Positions 19,195-28,564 of a stretch of 64,000 nucleotides of DNA are shown in pieces. The notes under the pieces were generated by a model that saw only the letters and a program-made list of their open reading frames with translations, was not told the DNA's origin and ran no database searches. This stretch comes from Candidatus Micrarchaeota archaeon (GTDB lineage: Archaea; Micrarchaeota; Micrarchaeia; Micrarchaeales; CABMGC01). The position numbers and the translations under genes are program-made. Positions within the stretch are counted from its first letter, which is position 1. Each line of letters opens with the position of its first letter. Location of the stretch: contig JAJZKO010000004.1 in NCBI GenBank assembly GCA_021850805.1, positions 8,336-72,335 on the forward strand, in the 5' to 3' direction.

Positions 19195-19734
19195 ATGCAG
19201 ATAAAAAAATGTATTGTAGGGAGTACAGTAATACTTGATAAGAAGGGACTCTCCACGCTTCTTATAAAACATAAAAAGCTCAACGTGTGGATTAACCCTG
19301 GAGGCCACCTGGAAGACCAGGAATTCCCATACGATGCCGCAAAAAGGGAAGCCATGGAAGAGACAGGGACTAAAGTAAGCATTATAGATGTCAGGCAGAG
19401 TGCAACAAAAATAAACGATGCGCACAGCCGCACGTCAATCTTCCCTCTGCATATACTAGAGGAGAAAGTGGTTTACAGTGATTCCACACATACACATCTC
19501 GACTTCGTATACATCAGCGTAGCGGATAAGACCAAGGTACACAAAGTAGGAAAAGGGGAGTCAAAAGAGATAAAATGGTATAATCAGGCGGAGCTGCCAA
19601 GGAATCTTATGTTCAAAAATAGCATCATGGTTATAGAATCCGCGTTCAAATCCTACTCCTCCATGCTCGCGTCAAGAAGGTCACGAAGGGATCCGAAGTC
19701 CAGAGTCTCTCCTTCCCCTATGCACAAGGCATGA
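19195..19734 (+). CDS. NUDIX hydrolase
   Basis: PGGHLE..E...AAKREAMEETG Nudix box; HTHLD. Confidence 0.9.
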   Translation: MQIKKCIVGSTVILDKKGLSTLLIKHKKLNVWINPGGHLEDQEFPYDAAKREAMEETGTKVSIIDVRQSATKINDAHSRTSIFPLHILEEKVVYSDSTHTHLDFVYISVADKTKVHKVGKGESKEIKWYNQAELPRNLMFKNSIMVIESAFKSYSSMLASRRSRRDPKSRVSPSPMHKA

Positions 19735-20405
19735 ATGCTACCAAGATCAACATCGCCACCTAGCATCCGGGCAAGTTCACTTTCAGAACCAGGGCTTATC
19801 TCAAATCCTTCTGAGAAATAGCTTGCCGCAGGAAGCACAAGCATCTTGCCTCCCCTTATCTTGCCATATAGAAAGCAGCGCAGCCTCTCCTTCGCTCCTA
19901 ATCTGGTGTACAAGGCAATAGAGGGGTGTATATGGCCAATTATAAGTAATTTGCCTCCATTGAGATTCACAGGTTTATCTCCATGCGCAAATACATACTC
20001 GCCGCGGCGCAACTCGCCATTGTAAATAACTATCCCGGTCCCTTCCCCCACGCGGCCTATGAAATTGTCATGGTTGCCCTTCACCAGCAAAAATCTCCTT
20101 ATTCCCAATCCTTCTGAGAAGGAGACAAGCTCTTTAAGCTCGTTGAACTCTTCTAAATGAACCTTTGAGAAGTCATTTTTTATGTCGCCATTGACTATAA
20201 GTTCCTTGACAACTCTTCCAGCAGCTGCACTTCCTATATACCCCTTTATGCTGCTTAAGTTGGCCTTAGGGAGGAAATACCGCCTCCGCTCCGCCATAAC
20301 CCCCTCATATCCAAGATGCAGATCGGAGCACACCAAGGCCTTCAGGTCCCTCAGATAAGCAATAGGTGTGCCATCGACTATCTCTACATTCTCAGAGAGG
20401 CGCAT
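19653..20405 (-). CDS. Calcineurin-like metallophosphoesterase (Lhr-associated MPE)
   Basis: SDLHLG, NGD, GNHD, HG and GHIHP motifs; overlaps the Lhr stop. Confidence 0.9.
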   Translation of the reverse strand: MRLSENVEIVDGTPIAYLRDLKALVCSDLHLGYEGVMAERRRYFLPKANLSSIKGYIGSAAAGRVVKELIVNGDIKNDFSKVHLEEFNELKELVSFSEGLGIRRFLLVKGNHDNFIGRVGEGTGIVIYNGELRRGEYVFAHGDKPVNLNGGKLLIIGHIHPSIALYTRLGAKERLRCFLYGKIRGGKMLVLPAASYFSEGFEISPGSESELARMLGGDVDLGSIHALCIGEGETLDFGSLRDLLDASMEE

Positions 20406-23064
20406 GCTTAAGCCTCTTTATCTTTGAGAGAACGTCTTTATGAAGCTCACGGAGATGCCTCCTCCTATCCTTCATCATTATCACATCCGCTTCCCCGAAA
20501 GTGATAAGATTATGCGAAAATGGCGAAGGCGAAGGCGTCTTTATAACAATATATCTTGCCCTTCCATCAAGAATATCCTTTACTACCTCTGCGGCCCTAT
20601 CTACATCCATTACGTCTTCGAGTATCTCCCTGTAAGTCTCCTTAAGCACGGGGAAATTCGGGCTTATGCTCTCAGCTGCCTTTAGTAGCGTCTGCGAGTT
20701 TACCTGCTGCCTTCCGACACTGATCTTATATCCCTTATAGTTCCTGAGAACCATAAAACTCCTCACGGCGCAGTGCCTGAACCTGCGCTTCATAAGCTCC
20801 GTTCTTCTTATATTGCTTTTGAGAAGCTGCCTTATGTCGCAACCGTTCAGCCTCATAATAAGCTCCCTTACCGTCTCCTCGCCTATCCTTACATTGCCAT
20901 CTAGGAAAATTGCAAACCCGTTATCGTTTATGAATATACCCAGCTCTGTGTCGAGGATATCCTCAAGGAGGAACCCGAATATCCTTGATAGCGCATCGTT
21001 TATCCTTCTGCCAAAAAGAAAGTGGAAAACAATCATGGACTTGGTGCCCTTCCTGTCTTTTGTTATCTCAACAAGGAGCCTCTTGTTTGTAGGTATCACC
21101 CCGGCAAACATGTGCTGCTCTATAAAGTATCTTGTTATGGCCAGGCGGGCATAGGTATTCACAGGCATATCCGAAAGGGCCTTAAATGACTCCAGCGACG
21201 AGATAAACCTATCCGAAGACGTCTTTGCGAAAGTGAACCCCTTGCGCATAACATCCTTCGCTACGAGCATGCCTACCCTGTCTCTGAACCTGCCTATCTC
21301 CATTGCAAGTTCGTAAGTCAATGGCATCTGCTCGGAGAACCACGGCGGTACAGTGGGCACCATCCCATAAGCAGTTTCCACATAACATCTCATACCCTGA
21401 GCATGCTTGAACAGGTAAGTCCTGCCGCTCAGGACAAAAACGTCACCAGGCTTGAGCCTGGATAAAAAGTTCTCCTCAATATTGCCTATATTCTTGTTGT
21501 TCGAATCATACACGCTTACTGCCACCTCGTCAGGTATGGTCCCAATGTTGAGATAGTATATTATCTTGGTATATTTGCCTCTTCTCCCGAAAACTCCTGT
21601 CTTCTCATCATACCATATCTTTCCATACACCCTTCTGCTCTCAAGGCCAACATGCATGCCCGAAAGATACTCGAGAAGCGATATAAAATCCGCCTTTTCC
21701 AGTGTCTTATATGGATACGCCCTTCTTATCACTGCAAGCGCTTCTTCCATCTCCCACTTTTTGCTAAGAGCCATGCCAACGACATGCTGCGCCAAGACAT
21801 CAAGGCAATTTTTTGGAGTGTTGAATGAGTCCAGGTGATGCTGCAAGGCGGCATTGAGCATTACTGAGCACTCTACTAGATCATCCCTGTTGACCACTAT
21901 TATCTCTCCGCGTGCAACATCCTTGAAACCATGGCCACTTCTGCCTATCCTCTGCAGCGCCTTAGAAACGCTTTTAGGGGAACCCAACTGTATCACATTC
22001 CCTATATATCCTATATCTACCCCAAGCTCCAGGCTGGTAGAGGAGACAACGCATTTCAATGAACCCTTCTTAAGCAGGTCTTCCACCTCCAGCCTCACGT
22101 CCCTGGATAAAGACCCATGATGTGCGGCTACATCATCATTGTCGTACTTAAATCTCCTGGTAAGGTTATATACTGTCCTCTCTGTACCGCTTCTCGTATT
22201 TGTAAATACCAAGGTGGTCTCGTTCTTCTTTATTATTGAATTTATAATCCTGTATATCTCGCTTTCCATTCTTTCCTCCTTTACATTTATTATGTCTTTC
22301 ACAGGGCTTATTACCTCAAAATCAAGCTTTTTGTCCCATGTGCCATCGACTATTGTGCAGTCGCGCTCTCTTCCGCTGCTCTCAGAGCCAACAAGGAATC
22401 TTGCGGCTTCTTCAAGAGGATGCAGGGTCGCGCCCAGACCTATCCTTATGAAACCATGCCCTATAAGGTCTTCGAGCCGCTCAAGGGATAGGGAGAGATG
22501 CGTGCCTCTTTTGTTGTTTGCAAGTTCATGAAGCTCGTCTATAACCACATACTCCAATTCCGAGAAGGCCTCTATAAACTTGGAGGAGTTGAGTATGATT
22601 GCAAGGCTCTCCGGCGTGGTCACAAGGATATTCGGCGGTTTCCTGAGTTGCTTCTGCCTCTCAGAGGTAGGGGTATCGCTTGTCCTGGTGCCAACTGTTA
22701 TCCTGCCGATATCCGGGGAAACCGATTCGTATATCTCCTGAAGAGGCGAATTGAGGTTTTTGTATACATCATTATTCAATGCCCGCAGCGGCGATATATA
22801 CAGGCAATACACCTTGTTACCAAGCGTCCCCCCCTCCGCCTTATCCATAAGCCTGCTCAATATGGCCATAAATGCAGAGAACGTCTTGCCGCTGCCTGTC
22901 GGTGCGGTAATCAGCAGGTTCTCCATTTCCTTTATCAGCTTGAACGAATACATCTGTGGCGGAGTAAGCTCCTTATACCTCGATGCAAACCACTTGCGTA
23001 TTACCGGATTCAATGCAGCCATGCTTTCATTATAGCTGACGCTGGCTCCAGCTTGTTTTATCAT
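20392..23064 (-). CDS. lhr: ATP-dependent Lhr-family helicase
   Basis: APTGSGKT, DELH, HHGSL, SLELGVD, QRIGRSGH, PPWFSE. Start could be 23073. Confidence 0.93.
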   Translation of the reverse strand: MIKQAGASVSYNESMAALNPVIRKWFASRYKELTPPQMYSFKLIKEMENLLITAPTGSGKTFSAFMAILSRLMDKAEGGTLGNKVYCLYISPLRALNNDVYKNLNSPLQEIYESVSPDIGRITVGTRTSDTPTSERQKQLRKPPNILVTTPESLAIILNSSKFIEAFSELEYVVIDELHELANNKRGTHLSLSLERLEDLIGHGFIRIGLGATLHPLEEAARFLVGSESSGRERDCTIVDGTWDKKLDFEVISPVKDIINVKEERMESEIYRIINSIIKKNETTLVFTNTRSGTERTVYNLTRRFKYDNDDVAAHHGSLSRDVRLEVEDLLKKGSLKCVVSSTSLELGVDIGYIGNVIQLGSPKSVSKALQRIGRSGHGFKDVARGEIIVVNRDDLVECSVMLNAALQHHLDSFNTPKNCLDVLAQHVVGMALSKKWEMEEALAVIRRAYPYKTLEKADFISLLEYLSGMHVGLESRRVYGKIWYDEKTGVFGRRGKYTKIIYYLNIGTIPDEVAVSVYDSNNKNIGNIEENFLSRLKPGDVFVLSGRTYLFKHAQGMRCYVETAYGMVPTVPPWFSEQMPLTYELAMEIGRFRDRVGMLVAKDVMRKGFTFAKTSSDRFISSLESFKALSDMPVNTYARLAITRYFIEQHMFAGVIPTNKRLLVEITKDRKGTKSMIVFHFLFGRRINDALSRIFGFLLEDILDTELGIFINDNGFAIFLDGNVRIGEETVRELIMRLNGCDIRQLLKSNIRRTELMKRRFRHCAVRSFMVLRNYKGYKISVGRQQVNSQTLLKAAESISPNFPVLKETYREILEDVMDVDRAAEVVKDILDGRARYIVIKTPSPSPFSHNLITFGEADVIMMKDRRRHLRELHKDVLSKIKRLKHAPL

Positions 23065-23205
23065 AAATACCATATAAGGATTCAAAATAAATAACCTTTA
23101 CCATGCCAAGCCCTCCCATCCTTCTGCAGCATATCTGGCAAACCAAAGGTTAAACATAGTTATTTTAAAGATTTGCAATAAATTAATTCTAATTCGTTGG
23201 TATAA

Positions 23206-23478
23206 ATGGCAAAACCGCAGAAAAACAAGGACAAAAAATCAAAACTGCTTGAAGCATTTACCAGGTCAGAGCAGATCGCAGAGCTTTATGCTAAGGGCGT
23301 AACAGAGAGCGAGGCGCTTCTCAACAGCCCGCAGGATAGACCTATGGACGATGCGCATATAAACGACCTTCTCGACCAGGAAAGGAGCAAAGCGTTTGAG
23401 GGCAGGCAGAAAATCACTTCATCGAGCCCAGCTCGCGCAAAGCCGACAAGAAAAACTGCAAAAGGAAAGAAGCGCTAA
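23206..23478 (+). CDS. Small hypothetical protein with basic termini
   Basis: 90-aa ORF in an otherwise empty gap, with TATA (TTTTAAA) upstream. Confidence 0.65.
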   Translation: MAKPQKNKDKKSKLLEAFTRSEQIAELYAKGVTESEALLNSPQDRPMDDAHINDLLDQERSKAFEGRQKITSSSPARAKPTRKTAKGKKR

Positions 23479-24653
23479 GCTCCTCCCTTGCCTATAGAAA
23501 GCCTGACCCCGTTCTGGTTTCTCGTTATGGTTATATCCAGATTGTCTCCGCCAAGTATATGCCTGAGTTCTTCATATGTGTAAGAGCCGATGTCTATCTT
23601 ATTCTTAAGGACCTCTGCCCTGCGCTCTATAAGAGACGCTTTCTTTATCTCACTGTATTTTAACCTAAGTGTAGGCTTCTCAGCTCCGTATATATCTTCG
23701 ATGCCGAGTTCTATCGGCTTATAACCCTCGCTCTGGTATATGAACGGTTCAACCGCATCAAACTCTGCGGAAACCTCCTTTGCTATATTGCTAGGCGCAT
23801 TGCCTGCCCCGGCGATCACGAAGTCATCGGCGTTCAGGAACCCCACAAAAACCCTGCTATCCTTTTCCACCGTAACCTTGTCTTGCAGTAATTGCGATAC
23901 CAGCCTGAGTATCGTTATGCCTGATTCATTTCCGAATCTGCTTGCGAATGCAGCCAACCCGTCCACCCTAAGCCTGCCTATCTCGTAATCACTCTTCTGT
24001 TCAAGGACCTTCTCAATCGCATCAGAGATCTTATCCTCATTGGGCAGATCTATCAAAGGGTCGAATTTTTTGCCCTTTTTCTTCAGGAAGATCCTAACAA
24101 GGCTTCTCAGCTCCGCAGGCTCAAAGGGCTTCTTAATGTAATAATCTGCCCCGTTCTTTATCCCCTTAAACCTGTTTGAAGTGGCATCCATTGCACTTAC
24201 TATTATAACAGTAATATCCTTCAGGTTTGGATTTGTCTTTATACTATTGCATATCTCAAGCCCGTCTGCGCCAGGAAGCATAAGATCCAAAACAACCAAG
24301 TCTGGCTTCTCACTCCTTATCCTCTGCAATGCCTCTTTTCCATCATAAATCTGGGATATATCGAATTCCTTTCCTATAGTGATTGCCATGAGCCTGCTTA
24401 TGTTTCTGTCATCCTCCACTATCATTATTCTCCTGAGAAGAGAGTCGCTCTGCAGCAGATAATATGTAGGTATCCCGCCGCTGTTCCTTGACGCTATAGC
24501 GCTGGATGCCTCCAGCTCGCGAAGCCCTTTCTCGAGGTCGGCATGCTCAATCTTCCTTGCGACAGCAAAATCCCTAAGCTCTGCAAGGGTAACCTGCTGC
24601 CTGTCGTTTATCATCGAGATTATTTCAGACTTTATTTCCTCTAAATCATTCAT
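23475..24653 (-). CDS. Response regulator: wHTH-like + REC + degenerate GGDEF-like domain
   Basis: IMIVEDD, LDLMLPGADG and KKPF receiver motifs; DPLIDLPN...FG..SG...FVGFLNADDFVI. Confidence 0.85.
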   Translation of the reverse strand: MNDLEEIKSEIISMINDRQQVTLAELRDFAVARKIEHADLEKGLRELEASSAIASRNSGGIPTYYLLQSDSLLRRIMIVEDDRNISRLMAITIGKEFDISQIYDGKEALQRIRSEKPDLVVLDLMLPGADGLEICNSIKTNPNLKDITVIIVSAMDATSNRFKGIKNGADYYIKKPFEPAELRSLVRIFLKKKGKKFDPLIDLPNEDKISDAIEKVLEQKSDYEIGRLRVDGLAAFASRFGNESGITILRLVSQLLQDKVTVEKDSRVFVGFLNADDFVIAGAGNAPSNIAKEVSAEFDAVEPFIYQSEGYKPIELGIEDIYGAEKPTLRLKYSEIKKASLIERRAEVLKNKIDIGSYTYEELRHILGGDNLDITITRNQNGVRLSIGKGGA

Positions 24654-24695
24654 ACCGATCGCCTAATTCTATAAAGTCTAAAAGGATTATTATAC

Positions 24696-26891
24696 TTAAC
24701 CATTCTTGCCCTTCTTCTTTTCTTTTTCGCTTATCGGTATGGTGAACCAGAAGTCGCTTCCCACTCCTACTTCTGACCTGACGTGCATCTTCCCTCCATG
24801 CAGGTTTACTATCTCCTTCACTATTGTCAGTCCAAGCCCCGTGCCGGATCCTTCCTGCTTCGTAAGGCCGCGCCTCTGAAGCTGATAAAACTTCTTGAAT
24901 ATCTTTCCTATGTCATCCTTGTTTATACCTATGCCTGTATCCTTAACATCCACCCTGACGCTCCTGCCAACCTTTGTTATATACACCTCTACAGAGCCTT
25001 TCTCAGTAAACTTTATTGCATTGGTTATCAGATTTACGAAAACCTGTATCAATCTATTTGGATCAGCACTCACACGCGGCACATTATAATCTACATGCCA
25101 TCCGAAGCCCACTCCCTTCCTTGAACAGAGCTCGCTCAGGGAGCGTATGCTCGGATGCTGTCCAAGCTCCTCAAGGTTTACCTGCTGGTAATCCAACCTT
25201 ATCTTGTTAGCTGAGAACTTGGCCACGTCAAGCACCTGCATTATAAGGTCCATCAGCCTGTTCAGGTCGCCCATCATGGTGTTCAATATGTCATTCTGCT
25301 CGTCTGTCAGCTTGCCAAACTCGCCATCTACCATAAGCTTCATGAAGCCGTATACTGCAGTTATCGGGGTCTTCAGGTCATGGGATATATTATATATAAA
25401 CTGGGTCTGTAGCTCAAGCTCTGACTTATAATTCTTCAGTTCCTTGTTGCTCTTGTCAAATGCATCTTCGAGCTGCTGCATCTGTCTCTTCGTCCTAAGC
25501 TCCTTGTTTATTATGTAGTATCCGCAAACCTCCCCATCCGCATCCCTCTCAGGCGTTATTGACTGGTAACATGGTATAAGCTCGTCTGTCCCCTTTGCCA
25601 CCATATTGACCAGTACGTCAGTAATCGGGCTCCTGTTGGCTTTGGCTATAGACAAAGAATTGCTTATCTTGTTCTGACTCTCTATATCTGCACATATTAC
25701 CGAGAAAGGCTTCCCAATTATCTCCTGATTCCTATATCCAAAGAGTGCTTCGGATCCCTTATTGAAAAAATTTATGTAGCCGTTGGTGTCTATCCTGAAG
25801 ATGGCATCGCTTGAGAGGTGCGTCAGGGTGTCAAGCCCAGCTTTGATAGAGTTCAGATAACCTGAGGAGTCCCGCCTGAGCACTATATGATACCTGTCCT
25901 CAAACCTGTAGAAAATACACTGAAATCTCTTTGTTACCTGGTTCCCAAAATCCAATTCCAGCGCGACTTCCCCCTTCCCGGCTGTAAGTTTCTCTAAGAA
26001 ATCTTCCCTTCCGCTTACTATATTCTCGGTGAACGCTTTTCCCAAAAACAAACCCGCCTCATCGCCATAACCGCCACACCAGGTCACCTTAAGTGACTTA
26101 TCAAGTATCAAATAATGCTGCTCTGGGAGGCTCTCGAGGAAATCAAGCCTTTCTTTGAGCTCTGCTGTCTCGGTAAAGTCATCAACTACGCAAAGGTTTG
26201 CGTTATTATTTATCTGGGTAAGAAGGAGCCTTAACCTGTGGCTCCTGTACTGAACATCTATCATACTCCCAAAGGGCATCTCCCCATGTATCCCGAACTC
26301 AGCGCGAAGATTGATCTTTGATGCTTCAGCAGGTGACATCCCAAAGATATTCAGAAACGACTTATTTGCCTTGAGTACCTTTCCGTCAGAATTGAAAACT
26401 GCCTGAGGCACGAAGCTATCGAACGCAGCGTCGAAATATCGCGCCGCGGCAAAACTCTTATCCTTCTCCGCCCTAAATGCAACCATATACTCCATAAGCT
26501 CCTTAAGATAGCCTATCCATACCATCTGCCTGTCTTCGAATACGTATTCCTTTTTAGAAAGTAGGGTGACAGTGCCAATTGGTTTTGAATCGAGTATAAC
26601 AGGCAATATCAGGCAGCTCTTAAATCCGCTTCTGAAGTAGTTTATCAGCTCTGGAAAAGAAGAGTAGTCGCTAAGCCTGTTATCCACATAATACCTCATA
26701 GTATTGTAAACCATATCCTCAGATGCTGTTCTGGTCCTTTCATTGTAAGGCTTAGGAATGACTTCCTCGAAATGGAGTTCGGTTTTTATCAGCTCGGCAA
26801 ACCCATCGAGCAATTTTACCGGAGAGCCCTGTTTCTCGCTTAATTCCTTAACTTTTAGGATAAGATTGCCGTAATCCGGAACGTAGTCCAT
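24696..26891 (-). CDS. Cytoplasmic sensor histidine kinase (GAF-like, PAS, HisKA, HATPase_c)
   Basis: ISHDLKTP H-box, NLITNAIKF, DTGIG, GTGLGL; PAS at NKGSEALFGY..EIIGK; no TM segment. Start set at ATG 26891. Confidence 0.92.
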   Translation of the reverse strand: MDYVPDYGNLILKVKELSEKQGSPVKLLDGFAELIKTELHFEEVIPKPYNERTRTASEDMVYNTMRYYVDNRLSDYSSFPELINYFRSGFKSCLILPVILDSKPIGTVTLLSKKEYVFEDRQMVWIGYLKELMEYMVAFRAEKDKSFAAARYFDAAFDSFVPQAVFNSDGKVLKANKSFLNIFGMSPAEASKINLRAEFGIHGEMPFGSMIDVQYRSHRLRLLLTQINNNANLCVVDDFTETAELKERLDFLESLPEQHYLILDKSLKVTWCGGYGDEAGLFLGKAFTENIVSGREDFLEKLTAGKGEVALELDFGNQVTKRFQCIFYRFEDRYHIVLRRDSSGYLNSIKAGLDTLTHLSSDAIFRIDTNGYINFFNKGSEALFGYRNQEIIGKPFSVICADIESQNKISNSLSIAKANRSPITDVLVNMVAKGTDELIPCYQSITPERDADGEVCGYYIINKELRTKRQMQQLEDAFDKSNKELKNYKSELELQTQFIYNISHDLKTPITAVYGFMKLMVDGEFGKLTDEQNDILNTMMGDLNRLMDLIMQVLDVAKFSANKIRLDYQQVNLEELGQHPSIRSLSELCSRKGVGFGWHVDYNVPRVSADPNRLIQVFVNLITNAIKFTEKGSVEVYITKVGRSVRVDVKDTGIGINKDDIGKIFKKFYQLQRRGLTKQEGSGTGLGLTIVKEIVNLHGGKMHVRSEVGVGSDFWFTIPISEKEKKKGKNG

Positions 26892-26909
26892 GAATAAGAA
26901 TTGCTTAGA

Positions 26910-26924
26910 AACTTTATAAAAGTT
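26910..26924. promoter_or_regulatory. Palindromic, probably bidirectional TATA box
   Basis: AACTTT-ATA-AAAGTT, centred in the 50-nt gap between divergent ATGs at 26891 and 26942. Confidence 0.6.
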
Positions 26925-26941
26925 AACAAAAAAGCAAATAT

Positions 26942-27619
26942 ATGGAAAACGAGAAAAGGACAGCGCCCGCAATAAAATACATAGGCGGCTATCTCGCCAC
27001 AAAAAAGCTAAAGGGGTCGTCAGGGGATCGGAAGGAGGAAGTCATCGAGAATGGCGTCGTGTACCGCCTATGGAACCCATATAACAGCAAGCTTTCTGCG
27101 GCAATAATATCCGGACTTAAAAATATGCACATAAGGGAAGGAAGCAAAGTCCTCTATCTCGGTGCAGCTAATGGAACAACCTGCAGCCATATAAGCGATA
27201 TAATAGGGCCTGAGGGTGTAATATACTGCGTTGAGATATCCGAAAGGAGCATGAGGGACTTGTTGCAGGTGTGTGAGACCAGGCCTAATATGATACCAAT
27301 ACTATCAGATGCCAGAAACACAGATTCATACGCCGCAGAGCTAAGCGGGATAGACATAATATATCAAGATGTCTCGGCAAGGGACCAGGCAGAGATACTC
27401 CTTGCCAATAAAGAGTTCCTTAAACCAGGCGGATATGCTTATGTGGCAATAAAATCACAGAGCATAGACGTCTCAAAAGACCCAAGAGACATATACAAGG
27501 AATTCATTAGCAAGGTCTCAAAGGAGATGGAGCTGATCGAGACAATAGACATTAACAGATACGACAAGATGCACCTATTTGTTATTTTTAGAAAACCTAT
27601 AAAAAGCCCAAATAAGTAA
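26942..27619 (+). CDS. flpA: Fibrillarin-like rRNA/tRNA 2'-O-methyltransferase
   Basis: YRLWNPYNSKLSA, LYLGAANGTT.SH, DVSARDQ. Confidence 0.95.
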   Translation: MENEKRTAPAIKYIGGYLATKKLKGSSGDRKEEVIENGVVYRLWNPYNSKLSAAIISGLKNMHIREGSKVLYLGAANGTTCSHISDIIGPEGVIYCVEISERSMRDLLQVCETRPNMIPILSDARNTDSYAAELSGIDIIYQDVSARDQAEILLANKEFLKPGGYAYVAIKSQSIDVSKDPRDIYKEFISKVSKEMELIETIDINRYDKMHLFVIFRKPIKSPNK

Positions 27620-27627
27620 TTTATTTC

Positions 27628-28467
27628 ATGAAGCCCAAGCGGATCAGCACCATAATAGTTAATGAAGCAATAGCCACTGACATTAACTCATTCAGCCAGA
27701 TAGAATGCCCGTGCTGCGGCATGGAAATACTGTCTGCAGATGGGCACTCTGGATTCTGCCAGTTCTGCGAATACTACACAAACACCAACTATATACAGAA
27801 CGTGCCAGACACCGTACAGAAAGGTGACTTCACCGCAGCCTTAAAGAAAGCCGACTTGCCAGCAGCATCCAGGATTCTGGAAAAAATGGTCGTGGCAAAC
27901 AAACCAGAAATATTCTACCTCGCAGGCAACTTTTACGCTTACTTCTCAGACTCAATATACATGGATGTGAATTACGCATCAGAAGGATTCATGGAGAAAA
28001 ATTCCGAGCACAGGACCAACAGCGAGTTTGAATTCAACTCCATGCACCTTACCTCCAAATCACGCGAGTACTTCTACAAACTGCTCAAGATTACAAACGC
28101 AGAGAAAGAGGACCAATCCATAGTATTCCTGAGGTTCATGTCCTACATGAAGCTCAAAAAACATGCCGAGGCAGAATGGGAGCTAAACAGTCTAAGAACT
28201 TTGTCAAAGGATGCGATGCTGGTGCAATATGCCTCTGCCGTATTTTACGCGCGAACAGAGAAGGAGCCAGACGCCTCGCATATAATCCCTCTCCTGCAAA
28301 ACAAAACAACAAACGCATACTACTATCTTGCCAAGATGCTTATTAACCAAAAGCAATTCTCATACGCAGAGGAGCTACTAAAAAAGATAAACAAATCAAC
28401 AATAATGCCAAGCGCAATATACGAATCGTTTGTATTGAAAGGCCTGCGCGCGGCGTCAGGGCTCTGA
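27628..28467 (+). CDS. Hypothetical protein, N-terminal Zn ribbon and helical/TPR-like C-terminus
   Basis: CPCC...CQFC; begins 8 nt after fibrillarin. Confidence 0.7.
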   Translation: MKPKRISTIIVNEAIATDINSFSQIECPCCGMEILSADGHSGFCQFCEYYTNTNYIQNVPDTVQKGDFTAALKKADLPAASRILEKMVVANKPEIFYLAGNFYAYFSDSIYMDVNYASEGFMEKNSEHRTNSEFEFNSMHLTSKSREYFYKLLKITNAEKEDQSIVFLRFMSYMKLKKHAEAEWELNSLRTLSKDAMLVQYASAVFYARTEKEPDASHIIPLLQNKTTNAYYYLAKMLINQKQFSYAEELLKKINKSTIMPSAIYESFVLKGLRAASGL

Positions 28468-28564
28468 TTATCCGTGCCGCACGGGCATTACAAGCACATA
28501 TTTAAAAAGAAGAAGCACTAATGGATTAATACTAGGCTCAGTTCCAATCCTAATAAATGGTTGA

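Noticed and set aside
19653-23064. Lhr helicase plus phosphoesterase as a new defence system
   Set aside because: This is a known conserved Lhr-MPE gene pair.
26892-27002. Apparent overlap of the kinase and fibrillarin ORFs
   Set aside because: Artefact of longest-ORF calling; the kinase starts plausibly at ATG 26891.
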